From the NCBI GenBank assembly GCA_010093815.1, contig ML996578.1: 64,000 bases of DNA; one strand, written 5' to 3'. This DNA is from Pseudovirgaria hyperparasitica. Lineage: Eukaryota. Below are positions 24,315-37,266 of this stretch, one piece after another. The position numbers and the translations under genes were made by a program. The notes beneath the pieces are model-generated. The model was not told the DNA's origin and did not search any database. It was given only the letters and a program-made list of their open reading frames with translations. Position 1 is the first letter of the stretch; every line of letters starts with the position of its first letter.

Positions 24315-25751
24315 GATGATTATGATATGATGAGAGCAGCAGAGCGAAAAGATTGAGGACAAAGAAAGATTGAGCAAGTACAAGAAGTCGATTAAGGATG
24401 ATGTGGCGGCGGAATGTCAGAAAATGCGCTTGGGCACGACGGCGCAGAGTATTGAGCATGGTTTGTGTTATCGAAGATAATTGTTAAGCCAGGACACTGA
24501 TCGAGTCGCGCATATACATGTACTCATGTGCATGGTGGAGGTACAAACGACAGGGAGGGAGGTTGTACCAATGGCACGCCTCGTCCCACGCAAGGCCTGC
24601 AACTTGCCCAGAGAGCACACCAAGGAGGATTGCAGGCTGCTTTCTCCAGGCCATAAGAGGCAGCGGTAGTGAATCAAGACACGCCAGGGAGAACCGGGGC
24701 TTGCTGAGGATGTGAAAAGGGAATAGGTGGAGATGTCGTACCTTTCACCACAAGGCCGCAATGCCCAACACGACCAAACCTATTACTGGCGTGCTTCGAG
24801 CGGGCTTAGACGACAAGCCAGAGATGCGAGCGAGAGTCCTGAGGTGATGAGGATGTTTCACTGGCCTCTCGGCTTGTTTCTGTTCTTCAGATGGTGCGCA
24901 CGAGAGGCATGGGAGAGTGGGCATGAGTGAAAAGAGAGCAGGCTCTTGTTCTCGTATGGAGAGGTCACTGTCCAGTCAGCGTCGTGGTAACTTTAACTTA
25001 ATTTACCGGGGGACCTATGCAGCTTTGGCCTGTAAGATATAAATAATAATCTCCGTTCTTTCGTTTTGTTTCTTCTGTAACCAATCGCTGTGGGAGGCGC
25101 TTGGCCGAAGCGAGTATGGCGCAGCCTCTCACCAGATGCGGGCAGACTTTTGTCACAATTCATTCCCGGGTCTCATCATTAAGGGGGATTGAAGTCTAAA
25201 CAGCATCATCAAGGGAATCGCAGGATATTGGTGCTACAGGTTTTCTGCTCTATCAGGCGCGACACGACAACAAGTTATTTTGATCCCTTTCTGTGCACCA
25301 TTGCATCATCTCATGCACTAATACATAAATAGCAGTGCCATCCAAGCTTATCCTATTTGTCTCATTATCATGCGTCTAAGCTTCAAATAAAGGTGGTGGC
25401 ATTCGCAAACCTACCTACACCGTTATAAAATGGAATGAAAGGGGAAAGCTTATTGTCCAAACCTGTTCTGCTCACATCGTGTCACCTCCGGCATTTAATA
25501 TTCCATTTGTGCTCACTGTCCAATAATAATAATACCACAGGCCTGTCGCCCATAGTGCCGCGCGTTATTTTTATCTAGTGCTCGGGACCTCACTCGTGCT
25601 CATCACCATGCAAAGTTGGACACAAAGTTTGAAGTATTCATCAATTACTAATCCACTAGGCTATTGAAATTTTGCCCAGGGTTGAATTTGTCGCATCATC
25701 GACCAGTCCATTTTATTCCTCCTCCGTGGTATCATGTCAACATCGTCTGAT

Positions 25752-26484
25752 TTATGCGGCGCTGGTCTTCTCTTTGGGGAGAGGAGTGAATCGTAGGTAT
25801 GGCTTCACAATGCGGAAGTTGGGGAAAAGGGTCTTGGCCTCGTCATTCTTAACCGAGGGGTGCACAATCACATCGTCACCAGGGACCCAGTTGATGGGAG
25901 TGGTGATGCGGTTTTTGTCACCAGTCTGCAGAGAATCGAGAATGCGGAGAACCTCAGCAGTGTTGCGACCGGTAGAGGCAGGGTAGGAGAGGATGGTTCG
26001 GATGGTCTTCTTGGGGTCGATGAAGAAGACCGAGCGTATAGTGAAGGCAATTCCCTTGGAATCGACGTTGGTGGCATCTTGGTGGTCAATCCTGCGCCGG
26101 GCCTCGTCAGATCTCCGTTCATCGGCATTGATATTCTGCTACTTACATGTCGTAGGCGAGTGCAACCTGGCGCTCCTTGTCGCCGATGATAGGGAAGCTC
26201 AGGCTTGAACCAGAGATCTCGTCAATGTCTGCAATCCACTTGCCATGGCTGTCGATTGTGTTGGCTGAGAGGCCAATGAGCTTCGCACCGCGCTTGGTAA
26301 ATTCTGGCTCGAGTTTGGCGAACGCGCCGAGCTCTGTAGTGCAGACAGGAGTGAAGTCCTCAGGGTGAGAGAACAAGATGACCCAGTTGTCGCCGATGAA
26401 CTCGTGGAAATTGATCTTTCCCTTGGTCGTATCAGCATCAAAGTTGGGAGCAGTGCTTCCAAGGCGTAGAGGTGCAGTAGACAT
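25752..26484 (-). CDS. PRX1: 1-Cys peroxiredoxin (Prx6 class); coding intron 26092-26146, probable 5'UTR intron 26494-26574
   Basis: FSHPEDFTPVCTTELG, YPASTGRNTAEVLR, TPINWVPGDDVIV, KPYLRFTP. Confidence 0.93.
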
Positions 26485-26676
26485 CCTGAAGAGCTAGAAC
26501 GGCATTAGCACCAATGAATGTCATTACGCCATCGTCCTCTGCCGAGACGTTCACGAACGGGCTTGGCAACGTACTAGGGCTTGGAGTTTAGAGTGTTTCG
26601 TGTGATTGAAGCTTTCTTTTGTCTTGGATTTAAGAGAAAGAAAATGGCGAGGACGTGAGGCGGGGGAAGTCGCAGG

Positions 26677-26683
26677 TTTATAA
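26677..26683 (-). promoter_or_regulatory. TATA-like box of PRX1
   Basis: TTATAAA on the minus strand upstream of a pyrimidine-rich leader. Confidence 0.5.
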
Positions 26684-27721
26684 GACGACACCGGCCACCA
26701 GAATGTGGTTATTAATGGGCGTCTTGCAAGCAGCACCTCAGTGATTTGTATGAACACACTCCTATTTCGGCTTGGTAGCTATTGCGTGATCGCTGTGCCC
26801 AGCAACAGTCGATCCATCTGGGTTGCAGGTAGCGGGCGGCATTACTCAATGCCTACGGTACCTTATGTTCGCTGCCCCGCCACGGCTTCGTGTGCCCCGC
26901 TGATGCCCCTCCATCATAGGTGCTATTCACAGGTAATTAGTCAGACTCAGGCTATCGATGCTTCGAATGTGGTGGAATCAGGAATTATTGGACCTGAAAT
27001 TGTTTACATTCACTCTCCACATGCTGTGAACCACACTGGCCACCATATTCTAGCCCCAAGGTCTTGCTAGACTTGTCACAGTGGTTAATTCACCGCGGAG
27101 TCCAACACGTACTACTTGTAAATATAACAACAACAACAACAACAACAACAGCAGTTCTAACATACACGCATTCGAAATGTACAACTTCAAGTCTAAGCTG
27201 AAACGCCAAGATAACCTTTTCAATCACGATTTTCTAGGTACTTCCCTATCTATCAGATTATCCAGTCGATCGTTACAGCCATATCGTGTTTTGAGAATAA
27301 TCGCTCCGCGGATGCTCGTTCATTATGCACTATGCCAGCCAGGCACATATATGTCCCTTGTTGCAGTGTAAATTTATTTTTTGGAAAGCAACGCAAATCG
27401 CCTGTGCTCGCCTCGGCATATTCATGTCGATCGACGGGCACGCAAATGCTCAAATTGCGTCAAATCGTCAAAAATTCGTCACAACGTAAGGTACAGATTC
27501 CGTGAAAGATGGAGGGGTCTCGAAGATGTAGTACATGGAGCATTCCAACATGAGGCTATCCATTGTCCTCAAAATCGGAGTCGAGATTAAGACTGAAGTC
27601 ACACAACGCATCGAATTTCCGTTGGTCGAGAACTCTCATGTGTCAGTGTGTGCAGGAGCACGATTGAGCTTTGCACTCTCAGATGTGTAGACGATGCTTA
27701 AATGAGCACAATGGTGCCTTG

Positions 27722-29125
27722 TCACCTCGGCGAATCATTCACTGCACTCTTCTCGTCCGTTTCATGATGACTCCGGACGAGGTCGTCCTGGTGTCTCTTA
27801 AACTGGTCTTCGTCGGTCATGGTAGGCGTACTTTGCTGGCTCTCGCGCAAGTGTTGTGGGTAAGGGTGGAAGTCCTTTGAGCTGGTACTGAAAGTCGAGA
27901 CTACAGGTGTATAGAATACACCATTGCTTGCGGAGTCGTCCCGGTGCTCTGCTTGTGTGGGTGTCTTTGCTTCCGGGCCTGCCGATATGGGACTCAGAAG
28001 CGTGTCCTGAGCGGTAACCTGGCCGTTCATGAGACCATTCCATCCACCTTCGATATCCCGGAGCAGCCGAACATATTCTTCAGGGACAAGACCGCTTTCC
28101 CCACTCTTCGGGTCCTGAGCTACCAGCCAGCCTTGTCCATGTCGGTAGGACACTAATATAACTTGACCTTCGATCAAAGGTAGCTCGTTATCATTCTCGC
28201 GTGCGAAGTCGAAAAGAGCCACAGCCTTGCCGGCCATTTCTTCGTCTGGGTCTGCAATCGTGAATTGATAGTCTCGAGAGTACCGGTTCTCGTCCCGAAT
28301 ATCAGCATTGGATGATGTGTCCGACATGTCCTCGTCATCTGAGCCGTATGCTCTCCTGGGAAGCGTTTTCGGAAAGTGAGAATCGCGCCGGACCGTCGCA
28401 GAATCTAGCGTCTGTTCCATGTCTTCTGCCAATTGTGTTGCGATTTCTCTAGGTCCATGTACCTGGTTGTCGAGTTCGTTGGCAAAGTATACGTCTTCGC
28501 CATCCCCATTGGTGCCCAAATGTGATCCTCGGCGGCCGCGATCATCGAGACCCCGTAGCGACCCTACGCGGTCGAAATCGACGAGATTCGATTTGTGCTT
28601 CTTATGTATCCTTGAACTCACCACTGGGCTTTGTATATCTTCGTCTTCACTCCATGGCGGCCCATCTTGGCCGTTGTCGAATGAGGTTTGCGGCAGCCGC
28701 TCACCAGTCTCCAAAGGAGGAATAGGCCATCCACCTCTTAACGATTCGTAAGACAGCTGTGGATCCGAGAGCCGACGGTTGAATTCACTTGCTGGTGTAG
28801 ATATCTCAGATGGACCATCTGGTAAGGGGCCATAAAAGAGAGGATGGGTAGGTCCATACGCGAAATCCCTTACCAACGTGTATGGTAGACTTGAATGGAA
28901 GACTGGAAACACTGTCGACTGTGGTCTTGAGCCTCTTTGAGGATTCGAAGATGTCGAGTACGTAGACAACCGGTTCTTGGCGTAGGAGGATGCTCTCTGT
29001 AGACGTGCTGACGAATTCGTGGTGACGATAGGTGGTAGTGGTGGGATGCCTGAGTTGGAAGGGGTCGAGCGGGCCGATGGTGAGGATGTTGGGTTCGTGT
29101 TTGTGTTCGACATGACAGCGGCCAT
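27722..29125 (-). CDS. NBP2: SH3 adaptor protein, Nbp2-like (HOG pathway negative regulator in yeast)
   Basis: SH3 domain KAVALFDFARENDNELPLIEGQVILVSYRHGQGWLVAQDPKSGESGLVPEEYV and an N-terminal VRDFAY motif. Confidence 0.82.
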   Translation of the reverse strand: MAAVMSNTNTNPTSSPSARSTPSNSGIPPLPPIVTTNSSARLQRASSYAKNRLSTYSTSSNPQRGSRPQSTVFPVFHSSLPYTLVRDFAYGPTHPLFYGPLPDGPSEISTPASEFNRRLSDPQLSYESLRGGWPIPPLETGERLPQTSFDNGQDGPPWSEDEDIQSPVVSSRIHKKHKSNLVDFDRVGSLRGLDDRGRRGSHLGTNGDGEDVYFANELDNQVHGPREIATQLAEDMEQTLDSATVRRDSHFPKTLPRRAYGSDDEDMSDTSSNADIRDENRYSRDYQFTIADPDEEMAGKAVALFDFARENDNELPLIEGQVILVSYRHGQGWLVAQDPKSGESGLVPEEYVRLLRDIEGGWNGLMNGQVTAQDTLLSPISAGPEAKTPTQAEHRDDSASNGVFYTPVVSTFSTSSKDFHPYPQHLRESQQSTPTMTDEDQFKRHQDDLVRSHHETDEKSAVNDSPR

Positions 29126-30087
29126 GCTTGAGGTGATGCGAAGGTTACTAAGACGTTACGGCAATGATCAATTTCAGCGTCTTCCTAGTACTGCGGACTG
29201 TGGAAGTATGATTGTACGCGCGCCTTATACCTTCACGGCTCCTTAGGCCAGTGTGGAGAGGTATAATATAAAGGCGAGAGTCGTCTTGTTGAGGTCGACG
29301 CTATTTGCCAGCAGACAGCGTATAGTGCAAAAGTGAAGTCTAAGAATCCCCAAAGGACCGTAAATGTCGAAAAGACTGAGCAACAAATGTTTATACGAAA
29401 GCGAAGTAATGAACCACCAATTAGTGCAGCGCAAGCGCGTACAGAGCCCCACGGAGCCTTACGAGTGGCTCGAAACTCGCAGAGACAGGGCTGTGACTTG
29501 TGTGTTTATGTTCGGTTTCTCGAATAGACGCCCAAGGAGGCAGCGTGGAGGGGATGATTCGAAGAAACGACGTCGGCGCTAAGTGAGAGGAGGATGTTTT
29601 AAGGACGAGGTTGAAGATAGGTAAGCGGGCGAGCGATGGCGGGGGAAAGGCTAGGCGATGGCAGTGGGCACTAAGTAGGCAGCGCAGTCGCGAATGACTG
29701 GAAATGGCGGGAGAAGAGGAGGTAGCCAATGTGCGTTTCGGCGAGGTTGTGTAGGTGGTATAGGTATAGGTGGTGGAGGTGGTGGAGGTAGGTTACAGAT
29801 TACAAGCAGGTAGTGTCGTGGGTAGTGGTTCTTGTGGAATGTTTTCTGTACGGAGGGCTATTAATAGGTCAGCACCAGGCGGCCGGCTGGACCGTTACTC
29901 GAGACGAAGAACGAAGACAAGAGTGTGTGCGCGCGCGCAAAAGGGAACGATATGAGAATAAGAATGATAATAATAATGGAGAAGGGCGTACGATGAGAGG
30001 AGAGATACCAGTAACAAGTAAAAAGGACCCAAGTCAGTAGGTGGTAATGAGTAAGTAGTCGGCAAGGAAACGGGGCGGCGTCGCGAG

Positions 30088-30228
30088 ACAGAGCAGGGCA
30101 GAGCAGGGCAGAGCAGGGCACAGCACAGGACAGACACAAGCGCAGACGCAGAACAGACAGAACAGACACACCACACACACACACACGCACACACACATAT
30201 GCACACACACACGCACACGCACACACGC
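30088..30228. repeat. (CAGAGCAGGG)n and (CA)-rich microsatellites
   Basis: Visible directly. They generate the spurious VCVC-type ORFs in the track. Confidence 0.85.
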
Positions 30229-30821
30229 AGGACCTGGTGGTGTAAAATGTTCATCAGGCGAGCGAGTCGAAGTGTTCTGTTTCTTCCAAGGTTGTTTCAG
30301 AAAGACGCTAACATGTTCGATTCCCCACCCGCGCGAGTCCTTGGGATTCGCTGCCTAGACCCGCCACTGCTTCAATCAAATTGCTGCCCCGCGATCCCGG
30401 CCAACCATAACTCGCCGTCTCTGCCGTTTTCCACTCCAGTCCTGCACGTCAACACTACTACTGTACTATTATTTATTAAACATCACTGCCCTCGCCCGTT
30501 GCCAACGTGGAAAGACTTGCGGCATTGTCAGTCCAAGCTCTGGCGCAAGTGGAGCCTCTCTAGCTATGCACGTTGGCTCATTCTCGGTCGCATACTTTGC
30601 AGGGGAAGAGAGAGAGAGAGCAAGAAGAAAACCAGATGAATTACAGATCGCCCACTCTTCTTCGTCGGAACACTGTTAATTCTCACACCTCTGATAGATA
30701 GTGCGAAAAGAGAGGCTTCTGTGAGACTGTACGGCATCCATCTCCAGCAGGGCGGTGAGGGAGCTCTCCACCTTGCCACCGACCATTGGGGAGGTTTCAC
30801 GTGAGGGGATACTGCAGTACC

Positions 30822-30953
30822 TGTGGGATTCCTATTAGGTAATCCCCGTTACTCAGATCTTATTCAGCGTTAGGCTGGTATATATAGCACTTAGATAGAC
30901 TTAGTAGACACGTTAATCAATTTTACCACGTCTAATTTACCAAAGTTCCCACA
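30822..30953 (+). repeat. 5' LTR (132 bp)
   Basis: TGTGGGA...TCCCACA termini; 127 of 132 positions identical to 39646-39777. Confidence 0.97.
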
Positions 30954-30955
30954 TC

Positions 30956-30962
30956 TAGTAGC
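30956..30962 (+). other. Putative primer-binding site
   Basis: TAGTAGC 2 nt after the LTR. Reversing one TG>TA change gives TGGTAGC, the start of the tRNA-iMet-type PBS of Ty1/Ty3. Confidence 0.45.
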
Positions 30963-31394
30963 TGAAATCTGGTTTTTATCCTCCTAGGGAGGCTATCGCT
31001 TTAGCGATACCTCCTAAGGGGTAGTTATCTTACCCCTTATATAAGGGAACTCGTTAAAAACATTTAATGCTCACGATAAACTATATAACTTACTAGATAA
31101 TAATAAGAACGAACCTAGAGTCTAACACGAAAACCCTTCTCTAAAGCGATACATCCTAATTTTAGAGATGGAAATTACGGTAATAAAGCTTAACGACTAA
31201 ATTCGATAGTCCTAGCGGATAGTAATATATTATAAAATAAGCTAAAAGAGTCACGTAAGAAAAATATATATTAACTCCCCCTATGTCCGCGATAGATATC
31301 CTAGCTACTCGTTAATATAAATTAACGCCGTAATTCTAACTCGGAAGATAATTATTACCCTAGGAAACGCCTTCCTTACCTAAGCTATATTAAG

Positions 31395-32672
31395 ATGTCT
31401 TCCTTATAGAACCCTAATTATAATAGCGATGTCTCTATAGGAGGAGCTAATACTCTCTAAAATATAGGACGCGCCCGTAATGAGCCGTTAAACACTATTA
31501 ACGCGCTTACCGCGCTCCTTAATACCAACCCGGCTATAAGGGACCTTACTAGAGACGCTCGTACGTTAGTACTAATTAATATATATACTAATCGACTCGA
31601 GTCATAAATAAGGAACGACTATGTTACTCGAGAAGAACTAGTAAGAGACTTTAATAACCTCCTCCTTAATAACCCTAACTAGGCGAGCCTAGCTATACTA
31701 GTAAGAAGAGGCCGTATCCTACTCCGAGCACCCGATATATACTTAGAAGAAACTAGAGATAACGCCTACGAAGAATAGTGCTTATTAATCTAGGAATAGA
31801 TTTATACTATAGAATTAGTAGAGCGCTAGGAAGCTATACCTAAGTTCGAGAAACTATAAATCTACGGGATATATATATTAAAGTATATCCGCACCCTTTA
31901 GCGTAGCCTTATAGAAGCCCGTGGACGTAATAACCTAGGTAGTCCTTAAATACTAGACGGCTTCCTAGACGTTATACGTTAAATATATATCTCTACTAAT
32001 CGCCCCGAATAGCGTAGAAAGGAATAGGAGAACCTTACTTAATATCGTTTTAGATCTACCTCGAAGCTTATTAACGCTATCGTTAAAAAGGCACGACTCC
32101 TACGACCTATACCTTCTAAATATAAGATATAGCGTAGAATTCTAGGCGCCCTTAAGTCTAAGGTTTAACGTAAGATCGAAAAGTAGCCCTTTCCTCCTAT
32201 AGGATTAGGAGAGTAGTACCTATAGATGAAGAGGCTAGAGGAAGCCTTATATACCTACTCTAGAAACGAATACTATAGGCGGGAGGCTACTTATTATATT
32301 AATACTATATATTACTAAGACGAAGAGGAGGAACCGGAAGAATTCGAACCTTCTAAGGACTTATACATATGCGAAGATAAATTAGGCGACTACTCTAGAG
32401 ACAAGGGTAAGCTCCACGCGTTCGTGAAGCGTTAATAGAGTAACCGAGGCCGCGGTAGAGGCTAGAACCGAGGCCGAGGCTATAGTAAATACTAAGGGGG
32501 CTCGTTAAGAGCTCTTAACGAAACCCAAGAATACTTTAACTATAAGAAGTTAGGATATATCTCGAGATTCTACCCCGAAAATCCGACTCTAGGTAAGCTA
32601 GCCTACGTTACTACCGAGGACGACGCGTTAAGCGTCTTTAACGAAGAGGCCCTAAAAGCTAGTCGCCCGTAG
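31395..32672 (+). pseudogene. gag: gag (RIP-mutated) with CCHC zinc knuckle
   Basis: ATG 31395 is in frame with tactttaactataagaagttaggatatatctcgagattctac (about 32532-32573), which de-RIPs to CFNCKKLGHISRFC. An RG-rich stretch precedes it. Confidence 0.8.
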
Positions 32673-35600
32673 TAGATATAGAAGACACCACGAGCGACTA
32701 TAAGAGCTTCTATACTAATAATACTAATGAAAATAAGATAAATATATAGGACTACGAACATATTAACGCGCTTTATAAATCGCTAGAGAGTGCCTACTAT
32801 TATTAAGAGGAGTTAACGGACGTTATTAACGATCGCCTCTATTAACTAAACTCCATTAGTAGATAGTTACTAGAACTTAAGGCTTACGTAGGGGAAGTCC
32901 ACCCCTAGAGGGTTTTAGTCCTTATTGACTATGGGGCTAATAGAACATATACGTTAACGAAGGTTACTAGGCGTCTAAAGCTAGTGCCGTAACCTGCCCC
33001 CGTAATACGTGTTAAGCTTCCGTTAGGAGCCCTAATAATAAGTCGAGAAGTTATAAAAATCCCTCTTTATATAGAAAGCTTTACTTACGAAGTCTCCGCG
33101 AGAGTACTCGACCTTAAGGGCTACGATCTAATTCTAGGTTATAAATGGCTTTACGAATAGGATCCCGATATATCGTAGAGATCCTATTCCCTAGTAATTA
33201 GGAGGCTAGTAGCTCGAGGAAGGACTAAGGAGTATCTCCTTAAGGGGATTCCCGCGTTAATCGATATTAACTTATAAGGAGAATAAGTACTAAACGTCCT
33301 TACCGCTAGCTAAGCACGGAAATAATATCTAAATGGCTATAAGTAAGGTGTAATATGGTTTATTAGGAAAGACAACCCTCCTATACTATAGGCACCCGAC
33401 CTAATACTATAAACGGTTTTAACGGAGTACTAGGACGTCTTTAAAGAGAAGCTACCTAAAGGACTACTACCTTCGAGATAATAGGACTATAAGATAGATA
33501 TAGGAGACGGCCGACCCGTTAATAACGCCGCCTACCGTCTCTCCCTAGAATAAATCGCTAAATAGTAGAAGTAGATATAGGAGCTTATCGAGCGAGGGCT
33601 TATCTAAGAATTAGAAAGTGCCTAGGGTAGCCTAGTACTTTTCGTACCCAAACCCGGAGGCAAATAGCGAATATATATTAATTATTAAGTACTTAATACA
33701 CTTACGTGTAAGGATACGACCCCTCTTCCGCGTATAGACGAATGCCTACGTGCCTTCGGCTAGTTAATAGTATTTAGTAAGATGGACTTAACCTTAGGGT
33801 TTTAGTAAGTACGAGTAGCCGACGAAGACGTCCCTAAGACCGCCTTTAATACGATTCACGGTAAATACGAGTTTAAGGTAATACCGTTCGGTCTATTAAA
33901 CGCACCTACCATATTCTAAAAGATAATAAATCGAGTCCTTTAACCCCTACTATATAAATCCGTGGTTATATACCTTAACGATATTATTATCTTTTCCGAA
34001 GATATAGAAGAACACGCTAGAGTACTATTAAAAGTACTTACTCTACTCCGTAAATACCGCTTACTTACTAATCCGGAGAAATATAGTTTTAGCTAGACCG
34101 AAGTTAACTTCTATAGATACCACGTCTTATAAGGATAACTTCGCCCGATAAAGGATAAGATTAAGGTAATTCGCGAATGGCTAGAGCCCACGAACGTTAG
34201 CGAAGTCCGATAGTTCCTCGGCCTAGCGAATTATTATTAGAGGTATATCCGGGGATTCGCGAGTATCGCCGTACCCCTAATAGACCTCCTTAAGGAAGTA
34301 GACCCTCTTATCTATAAATAGAAATATAGGTCTATTCGATAGACGCTATTAACGGCGTTTACCTTTAAGACTCTAAAGAATGCCCTATGTTCCGAACCGG
34401 TTCTAGCTTAACCTAATAAGACTAAGCCCTTCTATATTAAAACGGATATAAGTAACTATGCGATCGGTATAGTAATCTACTAGGAGGATCCTAGTAAGTA
34501 GTATTAGCCAATCGCGTTTAACGGACGAAAGCTTAATAGCGCCGAGCTTAACTATCCGGTTCATGAAAAAGAACTCCTTACTATTAAACACGCCCTACGC
34601 ACTTAGGGATACCTACTAGAAACAAAGAAGACGACGATCCTAACCGATTACCATAGCCTATAGTTCCTTAAGTCTATAAAGGAATAAGGAGACCGTGTAG
34701 ATAGATAGATCGATGAGTTCGGAAGCTTCGATCTCGATATAAAATATCACCTAGAATCTAAGGCGGTAGTACCTAACGCCATTAGTAGAAGGCTAGACTT
34801 CTAAGGCGAGATCTCCGCGATACTATTAAGTAAAGTTAACGAACACGTTCTTATAGCCTAAATCATCGAGTTCCTAAAAGGAGCCGACCCGATAGAGTAT
34901 ATACTAAAAGTCTCTCCTAAAATCCTATCTCGACTACGCCTTGACGCCGAGAGTAAACTTTAATATAAGCTATGGGATTTTAATAATAGTTAAGAAGATT
35001 TAGCGGAAAATTCAGCACCTTATATCCCGGAATAATACCGTAAGTCGCTAGTAGAAACTATATATTAATAATTCGGTTACTTTATATGGCCCGGACTACT
35101 AGGAGCCCTAGAAAAATAAGGCTAGTAGTTTAAAATGAAGAAAGACGTAGAGGTAGTCGCTTATAATTACCGTTAATGCTAATTAGCGTAACGAGTACTA
35201 CCAAATCCATAACACGAGAGATAGTTTTATAGGGTTACACGCCGAGCACCCTTTAAAGAATAGGGTATCAACTTTATAGGCGTACTCCCCACTACGTATA
35301 ACGGTAATAGTTAGGTGATAATAGTAATTAACTACGTAACGGGATGGTCTATTATATAGGCAGTCCCTGAGGCGACCGTAGAGTCCGTCGCGAGGTTCAT
35401 TTACGAATAAATCTTTATAGATTTTAGACCCCCCGCCGCACTAACCTTAGATAACGGTTAATAGTTCCTATTAAGAGTGGTTGGCGTACTACTACGCATC
35501 CTTAAGACGGAATATAAACTTACCACGCCTTATTACCCTCGTATAAACGGAAAGGTCGAACGCCTTAATAGAACCTTAGGAGGCATCCTTACCTATATAT

Positions 35601-36997
35601 ATATAGGCGAACTAGTAACCAACTAGGACATATACTTACCAGCCGCTGTTTTCGCCATAAGGATCCGACGACATAGGAGTATAGGAGTTAGTCTATATTA
35701 TCTAGTATATAGATAGTACCCTAACTTACTAGGGAACATTCCTAGAGAAAAGGATAAGTTAATATCCTTTAATAAACTTATTAAGCGAGTTAAGAAAGTG
35801 TAACACGCTAGGACGCTAGCGCTAAATAAACTACTTATGGAAGCCGCTCGCCGAGACCTTATAGATCCGACTCGGCTTAAACCTAAAGACTAGGCGCGAC
35901 TACCTATCGGTCAAATCGTTTTACTAAAGAATGAATAGAAAACGAAGTTTAAAACGAACTACTTAGATCCCTATAAGGTTTATATATAACACCCCTTAGG
36001 TATATACGCGCTAGAAACACCTAACGGACGTATCCTACGATACCTTATATATAGTAATAGACTAATTACGGTAAGAGGTATTAATAAGCTAGATAACTTC
36101 TAGACGAGATAGGAGATTAACTTATAAATATCTAAGGAAATTAGGAATTAAGTAGTACCTTACTTACTAGACATCGAGAAGGTTTTAGAGAAAGAGAAAC
36201 CTACCCTATATTAGACGACTCTATCCTCCCTTCCTAAGAAGGAGTAGAACCGGCTATAGTAGCTACGGAGTTAATAAGAGTTAACGTACGAGGGCGTACG
36301 TTCGTTCGTAGTAGGGGAGAGCTCGATAGACATAGATATTACACGTTAAATTAGGCTTACTAATATAAGAAATCGATATAAACGGAGAGCTACCGTAACT
36401 ACGTTAATCGTACTAGTGCTAAACGTTATTAACGAACTAAGAAATATACTAGAAGAATAACACGAGAATAGCGGAGCGATATAACCGCCGATAATAAACA
36501 TTAAAGAGAGCTATGATGCTCCAAGGGTAGAGGAAGCCTAAACGATAACTAAGAAACCGATAGATAACCCGTTAAATAAGATTAATACGATAGAGGAAGC
36601 CACGATAGAAGTAAGACAGAAAGAATTACCTAAAGAAATAAGCTTAGGAGACGAGTTTAATGATACACGAATGGACTTAGATAAGGATATCCAACTAGAA
36701 TATAAGAATCCTATAAGTATAGATATAGACTCGGATATAGAAGAAGTGTTAAAGGAGGTTAACGAAGTAAATAAACAACCCCTAACCGACTCGGACGTCC
36801 CTATACGGGATCTTATAGAAAGCGAACCTTACACGCGAAAGAGAAAGTAATCCTATATAGATGAACGTAGTAGAGAAACCTAAGCGGCTATAGCTAGCGC
36901 GTTAAGATAAGTTAATAGATTAGAGGGAGAGAGGTACTCTCTACGGAAAAAGATATTACCTTTAAAGCTATTATAGGAAAGCTTAGAATATAACTAA
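32669..36997 (+). pseudogene. pol: pol (protease, RT, RNase H, integrase, long C-terminal tail), RIP-mutated
   Basis: Motifs checked in one frame: LID.GA 32921, YLDD-equivalent 33971, TTPYHP.TNGKVER 35522, RYSLR 36932. Also seen: PLPRIDE about 33722, KTAF, (M)PFGL.NAP, NYPVHEKELL about 34550. Ends are approximate. Confidence 0.93.
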
Positions 36998-37266
36998 CTT
37001 TAGTCTTTCCCTAATTATCTCCTTTATATATAGTACTACTAACCCCCCATTTACTTATTTAGAATATATACGGCCGTTAAAGAAGATTAACGAGCCTTAG
37101 AAATTACTAGGAGGTTAAAGAAAGAAGACGTGGACTTATAATGACATTATATAAGTCTAAAATCGCTATTTAAGAACCGCAAGACTAAATAGAGATAAAA
37201 GAAAGCCGTTAACGCCTTTTGACGCTTAATAAGATGGGGTATTATTATAAAATAGAAGCCGCCTAC

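Noticed and set aside
29861..30254. Cys/Val-rich ORFs that look like metallothioneins
   Set aside because: They are translations of (CA)n/(TG)n microsatellites.
34403..34591. 62-aa minus-strand ORF in the track
   Set aside because: Antisense to the RNase H region of pol; a chance ORF.
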